NCBI GenBank assembly: GCA_003971905.1
Contig: RSEE01000087.1
Coordinates: 62,001 to 126,000 of the forward strand
Source of the DNA: Moniliella sp. 'wahieum'
Lineage: Eukaryota
Length of the DNA: 64,000 nucleotides
Direction of reading: 5' to 3'
Shown: positions 39,106 to 50,402 of the stretch, piece by piece
Numbering within the stretch: position 1 is the first letter of the stretch
Layout of the letters: each line of letters begins with the position of its first letter
Program-made: the position numbers and the translations under genes
Notes under the pieces: generated by a model
What the model saw: only the letters and a program-made list of their open reading frames with translations
Told to the model about the DNA's origin: nothing
Database searches by the model: none

Positions 39106-39191
39106 TCCTCGATGGTCCAACGGCTATGATGACGCTCTCACTGCTGTGGCAGAGAACCGTCAAGACCCGGGTTCGACTCGCGGTCGGGGTT
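39106..39191 (+). tRNA. tRNA-Glu(CTC) with a 16-nt intron (39141-39156); imperfect stems (pseudogene or base-call errors)
   Basis: TCCTCGA-TGGTCCAACGGCTATGA, anticodon stem TGACG/CGTCA, loop CT-CTC-A^C, variable loop AGAC, CCGGGTTCGACTC B-box, 3' TCGGGGT. Mismatches are T1:T72 and G52:G62, plus a short D-to-anticodon junction. Confidence 0.75.
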
Positions 39192-39582
39192 TGTGGTGGA
39201 CGGAGGAGGGTCCCTCTTTTGCGGGTTGGATTGTGGGGGTGGGTAGGGTGGGTCGTAGGCGGCGTGCTGAAAGAGCGCCAGGACGGGGATGCATTTGCTG
39301 GCTGTGGGAGCGTGGGTTAGGGAGCCAAGAGCGGGGGGCTGGCCGCGGGATGGATGATGCTCACCGGCCGTCGGGACGCCTTTCACATCCGACGCATTCC
39401 CTGAATATGCATTCAACTGAATATTCAGCGCAACCTCCACACGCAGCCACTCAGCACCCACGCCAAGTGCAACATTCAACTGCCCCACTGCCACCCCCGC
39501 TCCACCCCACCCGCCACTCGCAGGCGGCGCCCCACGCTGCCTCCTCCATCTCCCCCCGCCGCCGCGCAGCTCGCCCACCACC

Positions 39583-41560
39583 ATGCGTCTCTCGCCCTCC
39601 TCTCCCGCCGCGCCCCCCGCCCCTCCCCCCCCGACACCACACCTCACCCGCGCCCCTGCCCCGGCCGCCTGGGCCGCCTGGTGGCCGATGTGCTCCGCCT
39701 CGTCCTGGTGCCCGTTGTGATTGTTGGCCTCCCTCTGGCCCATCCTCCTCCTTCTCTGCCCCGTCCCCGTCTTCTGCGTCGTCGCCCTCCCCCTCCTCCT
39801 TGCCGACACCGTCCTCGTCTCCTATGCCATTGCCTGGCTCGTCTACCTCTCCCTCGCCCAGACCGACCCGCCGCCCTCGGCCGCGCCTGCCTCCCCGTCC
39901 TGGTTCCGCTCCGCCCTGATCGGCCTCCGCAACGCCGTCCCCATCCTCCCTACTCGCCCACGCGCGTTGCCAAGATCACCCTCATCACCCTCCAGTCTGA
40001 CGTCCAAGTCTACCACGTCTTTTTCCCCGCCATCTTTGACTGGTCCTACCGGTACGTCTCCTCGTCACCTGCCTGCCTGTCATCGATCATCGCCATTCCC
40101 CTTGCCGCATACTAACCCCCCCCCCCCTCCGCCGCTGTCCAGACGAGTCATGGTCCTCGGCACCCAATCCGGGAGCGAGATCGTGATGGAGAACATTATC
40201 TACTCGGAGGATGGAAAGATGCTGGACGCCTACGCCCCCCCCTCCTCCCCACTTCGAGCGGGACAGTAGCGTCGAAGCTCCCCGCCCCTGTGGTCGTCAT
40301 CCTTCCCACCTCGTTCCCGCTCGTACCGCGCGCTAGCGGACGGAAGCGTACCTACAAACTGGCCCTCCGTTTCCGGCGCCAAGGCTACGCCGTGATCGTT
40401 CCCGAAGTGACGTTTTACCCCCAGGGGCGCGTTGCGGACGGGTGGCGGATTGCGTGCGGTGCTGGCCTGGGTTGGGTCCGAGGCGCACTCGCTCGGGGTG
40501 GATGAGAAACGGATCTACGTGCTAGGCCATGGGATGAGCGCGCACCTGGCATTACTCGCGTGCGTGCAACATGCTGTGGTGCACGTCGGGAAAAGTTCCT
40601 AGACCAAGCATGGGAGCGGGAACAGGAGGAACTGCGTACCCGTCCGTACCGTGCCCCTGGTTCCCCAGACAGCGAGACGGAGAAACATCCGGTTCTCAAC
40701 ACGTTACCTTCCCGGGCGAAGTGTCGTCGCCGCGCTTGTCGGAGCTAGCTCGCGCTTGCCCGACTCGCCGTCTCAAGGGGAGGGCCAGGCGCTGCAGGAT
40801 GAGCTGCAGCAAGCTAAAACTCCAGCATCGCGTCTCCTTCACTTCCACCCTCGGTGGACAGGGGTGATGGACGAGACGGCATCGGACTTGGCCGGCAGTA
40901 TCTCCCCCGATCCAGAGGTCCTTCATGGTCCTTCCGGAGTCGGCCACCGTCCACCCGGCCTGGTCAGTGTGGGGCATGAAGACTTATCTGGCCTCGGCCA
41001 GGTCAGCTCGAAAAAGTACACGGTTCCCATTCCCACCTCTTTTGGCGAGCCGAAGAGCAAATTGGGATGGGCCTCAAATCGGTGGAGCTGTATGCACATG
41101 AGGTTGCCATGCCCCCTGTGCGGGCTGATCCTAATGGCCGGGATCTCGGATGTGATCAAGGCGTACCGTACGAGCGCGAGCGCGGGGTGGAGCAGGTGAG
41201 TGCGCTGCGTCGGTCCATGGGACCATCGCATACCAAGTGCTTGTTGCACTCGCCTGCTCACCTGCTCTATGCAGCCAAGAACATTCTCGACACGGACCTG
41301 CTTCGCGCCAAGTTCCTTTTGATCCAGGGGGGAAAGGACCAGGTGGTGCCGGTGGAACAGTCCACGCTGCTACGGGACCATGCTCCAAGGAATCGGGGTG
41401 GAAGAAGTGTGATGCGTGCGTACGCAACCTCGGTCATGTCGAGACGCTCGCAGCTGGCTTTTGGGCATGGGAAACGGTTGACCGCGTACCGCGACCCATC
41501 CTCCACGATATCTTCACATTCATTGCGTCTGATGAAACGGCCCTGATGGCAGCCAATTGA
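39583..41560 (+). CDS. Membrane-anchored alpha/beta-hydrolase, prenylcysteine-methylesterase-like fold; catalytic motifs degenerate
   Basis: N-terminal hydrophobic helices; intron 40052-40142 (GTACGT..CTAAC..CAG); ENIIYSEDGKMLDAY, QGYAVIVPEVTFYPQG, RIYVLGHGMSAHLALL, ILMAGISDV, FLLIQGGKDQVVP, LGHVE. Confidence 0.72.
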
Positions 41561-42713
41561 GTTAACTTGGCTGCTTCCCTGGGCTTCTCTCGACTTGCAC
41601 ATCTGGGCTTTGCTCTGGGCTTCCACCATGCCCCTTTTGTCCCCATTTGCCCGCGCTTCATTATTATAACCCCCTTCTCCTTGTTTGTACCCCTACGACC
41701 CTTACGTTCGAATGTCCCTGACTTCCTCCTTGTCTGCTCAGTGGGGCAAGAGGTAGGAAACGAGAACGTATTAGTGACGCTACTTTTTTCTTTGTTCCTG
41801 ATGACCAATCCAATACACCTGTCGTTTCGAATGCGATCCGAGATGAACTGGTCCGATGCTGGGGTCGCCGCGCGTGCTCCCCGCCAACCAAGCCTTGCTT
41901 GGCGCCAACGTCACTAGGCAGTACTCAGGTTTGAAGGAGGTGGCCCGTGAATCAAAGTGAATCCCCGTGCCCATCATCTCGGCAGCGGCAGGAGCGAGGT
42001 ACACGGGCGGGCGTAAAAAACTGAAAGATGAGTAATGGCGGGATTAGAAAATGAGTAGATCGGCTGGATAGGCGGAGTGGGGCTAGAGAGGTACGTGGTA
42101 GATACCCGACGCTTGTCGCGACAGCCATTTGGGGCTGCAACCCACGCCTCACCGTCTGGCCTCTTAGATCTTACTCCACCCGCCCCTTCGCTTCGGCCAT
42201 GCCCCTGCGCTTAGAGTTAGTCATGGTACACCGACATCGCCTGTGCTCTGGGGCTCCCCTTGTCGTCACCCAAAGTTAGTCATTGTATGCCGAGCTGGTA
42301 TGCCCCTGGCGCCGGCATATCGCCTGCCCTCTGGTGCTTCCGTCAGATAGACAGCTGGACCCTTGTCGTCGCTACGCGTCACGCGCCACCAGCCCGTCCC
42401 GCCCAGATGGAATGGTCGGGGACCTGCATGGTAGACGAACTGCGTCCTATGATTACGCTACGAGTACTACGCCACAGAGAGAGGAGGAGCAGAGTCTGCG
42501 GGAGAGAGATAGAGGGATCGGATACCGACATAAAGACAAAAACGGGATACGGGATAGAAGACGGTCAGAGCAAGGGAGAGCAAGGCAGCCGAGCGGCCTG
42601 ACGAGTCGGCGCCCCACCAAGCTGCCATCGGGTCGAAACTGCTCCATGGGTGCGCAAGCCACCGCTCACACCGACGCTCACACCGACGCTCACACCAACG
42701 CTCACGCCAACGC

Positions 42714-45030
42714 TCACGCTGACGCGGCTGCCATGGGCGTCGCAGCGGGGGCGGGGGTGTGATGGGCGCGGGGGGTGGCAGGAGGCTGATCCTGCTGAGT
42801 AAGGGGTTGCTGCCGCGCGTCCGCTCCGGCGCCGAGGCCCGGTTGGACCACCTCGACGTCCCACAACTTATCCTTGGCTTCGACGCGAATATCGCCATAG
42901 GCGTCGTCCTGGGTGAGCTGCACCGCATCTTTTGTGCCGAGCACCAACAGTTCAAAAAAGAACGCAGCAGCAGCGCGGCGGGACGAGTGGCTGGATACAC
43001 GTTCGAAGCTCATGCTGGGTACGCTGGGTGCGCTGGGACCCGCTTGGCTCGATTGGCTCGCGTCGGGACCCGCCTCTGCGGCCGCGTCGGCGCGTTGGGC
43101 CGGTCCACCAGGAACGAGTTGGTCGCGCAAAACGCCGAGCGCACGGACCGTGTTCCGACTCCATCCGGCCGTCGTCGAGTCGTCCCCGACGGCCGGCATG
43201 GCCTGGGCCGAAGCAACGGCGGCCGCGGCGGTAGGATCGTAGCCACCTTGGAACCCACGAAGCGGGTCAGATGCAGTGGGGAGGAAAGCGAGGTCGTCGT
43301 CAGCTTCTGGCGTGGACAGTCGGCTGAGCGGCGGCAGTTCCGGCAGATCAGCCAGGTGAGGTTCGGCGCCGCGAGCGGTCCGGGTACGGGTAGACCGACG
43401 CAATGTCGTTTCTTCTTCTTCCTCTCCCTGCTCTTCCTCGGGCACAGTCAGGTCGGGCAAGAAGCCCTCGGCCTTATCTTCCAATGGGGGCAGGTCAGGC
43501 ATATCCTCCAGCGCTGGCATTTCATCCAGGGGCAACAAGTCGTCCGCCGCGCCCGGACCCATGGTTTGGTCCCCAAACGGTCCCAGCGACGCCCGCGGCG
43601 CCACGGCTTCTCGACCCAGTCCCATGTCCGTCAAGCCGGTCAGATCGGCCGACAGACGAGCGCGTTTGGGACTGGGTTCGGGCAAGGCCGCATCGAGAGC
43701 AACGTGCTTGCGACGAACTTGGTCGTAGGTAAACGTGAACAGCGAGCGCAGATCGGGCGCAAGCGATTCGGGGCCGGCATAGAAACTCGCCGCTTCCTTG
43801 AGCGCAGCCGGGGCCAGTTCCGGAACGTAAAAGCCAATCGGGTCGGTGGCGATGGTGCGAGCCACCATGCCAGCCGGATCGGCCGGAAGTAGGTCGTCCT
43901 CCTGCACGATGTCGTCGGGCGTTGGATGGTAGTGTGGGCCGGTTCGGCTTCGAGCACGCGGTCGACCAACGGCCGTTCGGTCCGGGCCGGACGCTGGATC
44001 TGGGCCGCCCGACGCGACGCGGCGTCCCGGATGCGGGCCAGGGTGCCGGGGGAAACAGTACCGAGCAGCGCGAGCGTGTCGTCTTCGCCCTCGGGAGCAG
44101 GGGTGTGGGGCTCCGGGGTGGGCCGGTCCAACGGCTCAGGCATGTCCTCCAGCGCAGGCATGTCGGGCAAATCAAACGCACCAAAGTCGAGCGGGGGTAG
44201 GTCGTCCCCGGCGCCCGGTCCGCCGGCGGGGAAATCAAATCCAACACTCAATCGGTCACTGGGACGTTCGGAGCCAGCAACCGAACCCAAATCCTGGTCC
44301 CGTCCGGGCCCGGGTTCGCGCCCCAGCCCAACCGAGAGATGGTCGTCGGAAGGAACGTCGGGCATCGCTTCGTCCAAGTCCAATCCGAGATCAAGACCCA
44401 GATCCAGCGGCTGGCCCGACTCGTCCCAGTCTTGGCTTCCGATCCCGCCTTCGGCATAGAGGTCGGCCGCTGCCGCGGCATAGTCATCGTCGTACAGCCC
44501 ATACGTGTTGCGCGGGAGAGTGATATCGGATTCGCGGGCCGTGTGGGCCGGCTGGCGACTGGCGGTGGAGGGCGTTTCACTTGCCGCCCGCGCTGGCGGC
44601 GGTGGAGGCGCACGCTCGAGGGCCGTCAACTCGGCATCCCAGGTCTGGAGGAACGGATCGGGGAGCAAGAGATCGTAGTCGGTGCGGGTGGGGCGCATGG
44701 TGATGGCGTGCTTGTTGACGGTGGCCTGGTTGGGCGCGAGGTCGACGTTGGCGCCAGAGCGGAAGGCCATCTTGATTTTGAGCAGCGCCTCGTTGCAGTC
44801 CTCGAGGAGGTAGCGCGCCTTGCGCGAGTAGATGCGCACGACACCGAGCAGCAGCTGGCCGGACAGACGCAGGGCCATCGGCGCGCCGCGCGCCTCGACA
44901 ATCGCGCCACCGAGTTGGCAATGTCCGTCTGGAGGAACTGGGCCTTGGAGAGCTTGCGCTCCCAGTGCGCCGCCAGCCACACACGCGCCAGGGGGCCGCG
45001 CTTGGACAGCAGCGCCTCCGAGTAGAACAT
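42714..45030 (-). CDS. RAD21: Cohesin kleisin subunit Rad21/Scc1
   Basis: N-terminal [70 protein letters not shown]-terminal winged helix [34 protein letters not shown]. Confidence 0.96.
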
Positions 45031-45906
45031 GGGAGAGAGCGAGGGCGACGAGGGAGAGAGGGATGGGGGTGGAGATGGAGGAGGTGGAGATGGTGGTCGT
45101 TCGCGCCCAACCGACGCGTCCTGCGCCCGTCCCATCCGGGAGAGCTAGAGAGCAGGCAGGAGCGCAGCACAGCGCGTCGCGCTGGTGACACAGACGCCGT
45201 GCGGAGACCGGGGCGCTCCGCCCAGGGCAGCATCTGCCCACTGTTCCTGTGCTGGGCCGCGCCCAACCCTAGCCTCTTCGGTGCAACGTGTGCCATTCAC
45301 GCGTCGCGCATCACCCCGTTAGCACGCACACGGGCGGGGTGCCCGTTTGCGGGGAGGAGGGGGCGGAAAAGCGGAGGGCGGAAACAGTGCAACGGAGCTG
45401 CGATGGGATCCTCGATCAACCATTCAGTCTTCATATTCACGCATCATGCATCAGGCCTCAGGCCTCATCGATATCTCCATCGCGCGTAATGTCGTGGCCA
45501 TGGAATATGGGACAGCCTATCTACGAGTCGGCCGACAGAGCATCTAAGCCGCCTCCTCCCCTCAGCCTACCAGCGTCTACCTCGCGATCGGAATCATGTT
45601 ACATGTCACATACGATGGTACAACGGCCAGCTCGAAAACGGGCCAACAAACGTCCTCCATATCCAATCCGACCATCCCACGGGCTGGCACGGGGCAGGAC
45701 AACACACAACAGAAGACACAACTCGCAACTCCGACGGACAGGGGATTTGGAACAGATGCACAGCACCCACCCAAAACACACGACACAACACAAACACACA
45801 CACAACATAAACCAACCGCGCACGTTCCTGCGCGTCCCGCGTGCTCGTTCGAACCCCGATCCCGCCGGACCACGGACCACGGACCACGGACCACGGGGGA
45901 CAGGGG

Positions 45907-48571
45907 CTACCAATCCGACACAGGGCGCGAATACATCACTTTTGCCGCACCAGGAGCGCAGCGTGGGGAAGAGGCGCCACCGCAGCCTAGGCCGTGCGAA
46001 TGGGCTTCTTCGGGCTCCCTCGGACTCACGCGGACGCGGACCCGTCGGAATCCGACCCAGACTCCGACCCCGACTCCGACCCAGACTCGGCCTCCCATCC
46101 ATCCCGCCCGCGGCGGCAAACGCGGCGGCCATAGCAGCTTGGACTTGGTCCGCTGCATCGGCTGCGCAGGAGCTGGAGCAACGCTAGAAGTAGGAGCTGA
46201 AGCAACGCTAGAAGCAGGAGCAACGTCAGAAGCAGGAGCAGGCGCGGGGGCAAGAGCAACGGCAGCGGAAGCGACAGCGGCAGTGGATGTGGGAGGGAAC
46301 GTCGCGAGGGCCGGGAGGCCATCGGTAGTTGGAGCCGGGGCTAGGCTGAGGCTGGGCTGGGGCTAGGGCTGGAGGAGGGGCCGGAGCAGGAGAGGGAGGG
46401 GGTGGGGGTGCTGGAGTTGAGTCCTGAGTTGAATCGGGGGCGGGAGCTGGAGCTGGAGCTGGCGCTGGCGCTGGAGCTGGGTCGGGAAGGTGAGCGTGAT
46501 CCGGGCTTGGGTCGTGGGTTGGCTGCTGGTGGGGGCGGGGGCTGAGGTAGGAAGCGGGGGAAGAGCGGGGGCGAGGTGGGCGCGGCAGGGAAGCTGCGGG
46601 TGCGGGATGAGCGGAGGCAGAAGAAGAGAAGTCGAAGGAGGAAGGGTCGAGGAGAGTGGCATGGTACGCGCTCAAAGCGGACGCGGTAGCCTGTTGAGCC
46701 AATAAGATCGCTTCATCTTCCTCGTCTTCGTCTTCGTCTTCGTCTTCGTCCTCGTCTTCGTCCTCGTCCTCGTCTTCGTCGTCACCATCTTCCTCGTGGT
46801 CATCGTCGTCGCCATCGTGGGGGTGGGGGTGGGGGTGAACTTGAGCTCCGACTTGTTGTGGATGATCTTCGTCCATGTCCTCTTCGTCGTCGGTAGCCGA
46901 ATCGGATCGACTTCCGTCGGACCCGGGCGCGACAGCCGGGAGCGGGGGCAAGCCATAAAACCAGCCTGGATTGGGCATGAACCCAAACCCGCCCATGTTG
47001 ACGGGGGCACCGACGGTCCCGCCGCCGGTGGGGACGAACGGGGTCTGCGTGGCCGGCCCGGTCCAGCAGAGGATCCGGCTGGGGGCCAATAAAATTGAGT
47101 GCAGGCATGGCGATGGTGCGTCGCGCCGTACAAATGCCCGTCCACACGTTTCGCATCGGAACTTTTTCTTGGGCGCGTCGAGCCGAGCAAGTTGAGTCCG
47201 TTGGCCACCACGCCCGGTTGTGGGCGGAAGAGCGGGACCGGAGGCGGTGGTGGCAACGGTACTTTCCGTGGCCGACCACGCTTCTTTTTCGGTGGCGGTT
47301 CCCACCGCGCATCGTAATCCACCGGCGGCCGATCCGTCGGGGCGCAACAAGACTTCGGGGCGGCGCATCAAATTCGTGTGCGGACGCCACGTGACGCTGA
47401 AGATCGTGTTTGCGCGAAAAGGTACGGCCGCCCTGGGCTTGGCACGTACGGTAGGGACATTGGAACCGTTTGGCCTTGGATGGGTCGTGGGTCGCTTCGT
47501 GGGTACTGAGGTTTACGCGCGGTTGAACACCCGACCACAGTATTGGCATTGCAACTTCTTTCTTCTCCGTCGGGCGAAGGCGCTGGCGCAGGCTCGGCCA
47601 AGGCGCGCATCGGCGCCCGCTTGTACTTTCTCGGGTACCCTGGACGCGGCGTGATCCGCGCCGGCGGCAAACGCTTCCGACGGATCAGACCATCGTCCGG
47701 GGCAAGACGTTTGCGCGAGCGGGCACGGCGAGGCGCTAATCCCATCGCCGACCAGGCCAACGCATCCAGTTGCTCGTCGCCCAACTCGGAGCCCGACTGA
47801 CTTTGTTCCTCCAGCAGGTGAATCAGCCGCTCATATCCACCTCCTCGCCTTCCTCGACCTCTTCCGTGTCGGGCTGCGGCTGGGCCGCTGCCGGGCCCGG
47901 GCCAGGCGGCGGCAGCCGCTCCAGCGCCGTCTGTGCCGTATGCGCCGTTTGCGCAACAAACGCATTGATCAAATCCTCCTCGTCCCCCTCGTCCTCCGAG
48001 CCGGAGCCGGAGGCGGAGCCCGAGCCCGAAGCCGAGGCCGAGTCGGAGCCCGAACGAGAGGCCGCGGCGGGGACGCCCGGGGCGGCAGCAGGTTGGGGGG
48101 TGCTGCTGCTGCTGGAGCAGGACGCTGCGTCAGGTACAGCCGTGGCAGGCACCTCCTTAGCAGGCACCGCCGTAGCAGGCACTGCGGTAGGAGGCACCGG
48201 CGCGGGCATGGGGGCCGGACCCGGTGCCGGGGTGGGCTGCACGTCACGTGGGGGCTTGTCCGGCGGCTGTGGCGGGTAGGAGGCGGGCGGGCGCGGCGTG
48301 CGGGAGGGGCAGCGGGGGTGGGGCGGAGAGGGGGCGGTGGGGGTGGGCGGGGCAGGGGCGTGGGTGGTGGGGTGGGGGTGTGTGGGCGTGGGCGTGGGCG
48401 CGGGGGGCGGCGGGCTCGGCGTTGGCGACGGCGGAGGCAACGAGGCCTTCGATCGTGGCTTCGAGCCAGGCCGAGTCGTTGGCGTCGTACTCGGCGTCGG
48501 AGGCGCTGCCGGAGGAGGCGGCGGGGGGCCGAGGGCGCGCGCCCCAGCGGGGCGTTCTGGACGTGGGCCAT
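45907..48571 (-). CDS. C2H2 zinc-finger transcription factor (three fingers, Crz1/Ace2-Swi5-like helices) with AT-hook/NLS and an acidic tract; 3' end uncertain
   Basis: CQYCGRVFNRA(Y)[60 protein letters not shown]; poly-(ED) at 46715-46790. Confidence 0.8.
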
Positions 48572-48704
48572 GGGGGGGGTGGGGGGGGGATGGAGGACGC
48601 AGGGTGGCTGTCGAGGGGCGCGTCGCGCTGGGCTGGCCTGGCCGCTGCCTGTGCTGGCCGAGTTTTTTGGTTTTCTTTTTTTTCCTCTTTTTGGTCGCGG
48701 ATTA

Positions 48705-48758
48705 TTGAACGTTCAACTTGAACGTTCACGTGCAGCAGTGCCCAACTTGAACGTTCAG
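48705..48758. promoter_or_regulatory. Three copies of the palindrome TTGAACGTTCA(A) upstream of the zinc-finger gene
   Basis: Copies at 48705, 48718 and 48747; each contains a GAAnnTTC core. Confidence 0.45.
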
Positions 48759-49083
48759 CGTTCGCCGCTTGGGTTGGCATTTCCGCCCCGTTTCCGCCCG
48801 CCGCACGCGTTCCCGCCGCTGCTGCCCTGCTGCCCTACCAGCCTGCCCCACTGTCACTTCCCAACATGCATGTCAGCCACAGGCCTACCCACCCACCCTA
48901 ACGCCTCATGGCACTGACGTGGGGAAATGGTACATATCAAAAAGAGTCCCGTAGCTACATGGGGTCGAGCGAAGAGGACGGCGGAGCGGAGACAAGCAAA
49001 ACGTTCGGATGGAGGCAGGGTAAAGGACGCAAAGTCAAGAGGGGAGCCAGGGTGGCGACCCGGAGGCACACTGCTGGCCCTGC

Positions 49084-49518
49084 TCAGTGGCTCGTCTTGA
49101 CTGCAATGGGGATCACAATGACGCAGATGATGGCGATGATGCCGAGAATGATGACCACACGCATTTTCATCTGCAGGCAGCACGGCCGGGTGGGTCAGTT
49201 GAGGGGACCAAGGGCAGGGGGGGGCACGCACATCCTTCCACCACATCTTGCGGCGGACGCGGTTGGCGCCCTGGGTAAAGGCCTGGGAGGACGTGACGAG
49301 GTTGTCGGTCTTGTCCTGGAGGGAGGTGAGGTTCTCGCCGCGCTCGTGGACCTTGTTGATGTTGTCGCGCATGACGCCGACCGTGTCGTCGATCTGGGCC
49401 TGGATCTGGCGGTGCGGGAGGTGCCGGCGGCATGGGCGCTGCCCGAGCCGGCGGCACTGCCGCTGGGGATGTAGGGGTCGTAGGCCGTCTCCTGGTGGCC
49501 GCCGTCTGCGTAGGACAT
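49084..49518 (-). CDS. SNC1: Synaptobrevin/VAMP v-SNARE
   Basis: [58 protein letters not shown], intron 49231-49171, then [26 protein letters not shown] anchor; one frameshift near 49410. Confidence 0.95.
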
Positions 49519-50402
49519 GGGGTGGGTTAGGTAGGTGGTGGCGCAGAGGCAGGGGGGCGGGGAGCGCGGCGGAAGCGGGCGCGGCGAGGGCGGCAAGGGG
49601 CGACGGGCCAGGGCAGGCCAGGGCGTCGGACGGGCTTTCGTGGCAGGCGCGGGGCGGGACACGGCCGGGTGCGGGGGGGGGGGCGGTGCTGCGGAACGGC
49701 GGGTGGCTGGCGCGGTGCAGGGCGGGCGGGTGCGGCGCGGGTGGCGCTGTTGCCTGCCGGCGTGTGTGTGCTGTCGCGGGAGCCCCGGAGCGGCAGAGCG
49801 CGCTGAGGTAGGTCACGCGGTCACGTGGCGGGTGGGGGCCGGGTGGTGTGGTGTGGCCGGTGTGGCGCGCAGGCGGCGGGGAGGCGCGCCGGCGGCTGGG
49901 CCGACCGGGCGGGCGGGGGTGGTGCGGCATGCGGCATGCGGCATGCGGGCGCAGGGGGGCAGTCTGCCGGCGGGGGCCTGCAGGGGGGCTGCGGCTGCAC
50001 GGGGGCTGCAGGCACAGGCGGATTTGAAAGTGGGAGGCTGTTTTTTTTTCAGCGGGCTTGATTCGAGGGCAGCCGCCGCTGGATGCGCGCTGGCTTCTGC
50101 CTCCTGCCTCCAACCCCCGCCTGGCTCCTGCCGCCCCTCGTCTGCGCCGCCGCCGCCGCCGCCAAGTTATGGTCGACCCCAGTTGTAGTGGCTTCACTGC
50201 GTTCTCCTCCTCTGTGTGCGTCCCCCCCGCGGTCCCCGCGCCCGCCCGGCTGACCCTCGTCTCCCCCATCCAGCCCGGCTGCCCGTGCCAGCCGTGCGTC
50301 CCGTGGCCCTGTGGCCCTGCTCCTCTTCCTCGACTCGGCCGACCGCCCGCCCTAACACCGGCCCCCGCTGCCCCGCCCCTGCCCCCCCCCCCCCCACAGC
50401 CC

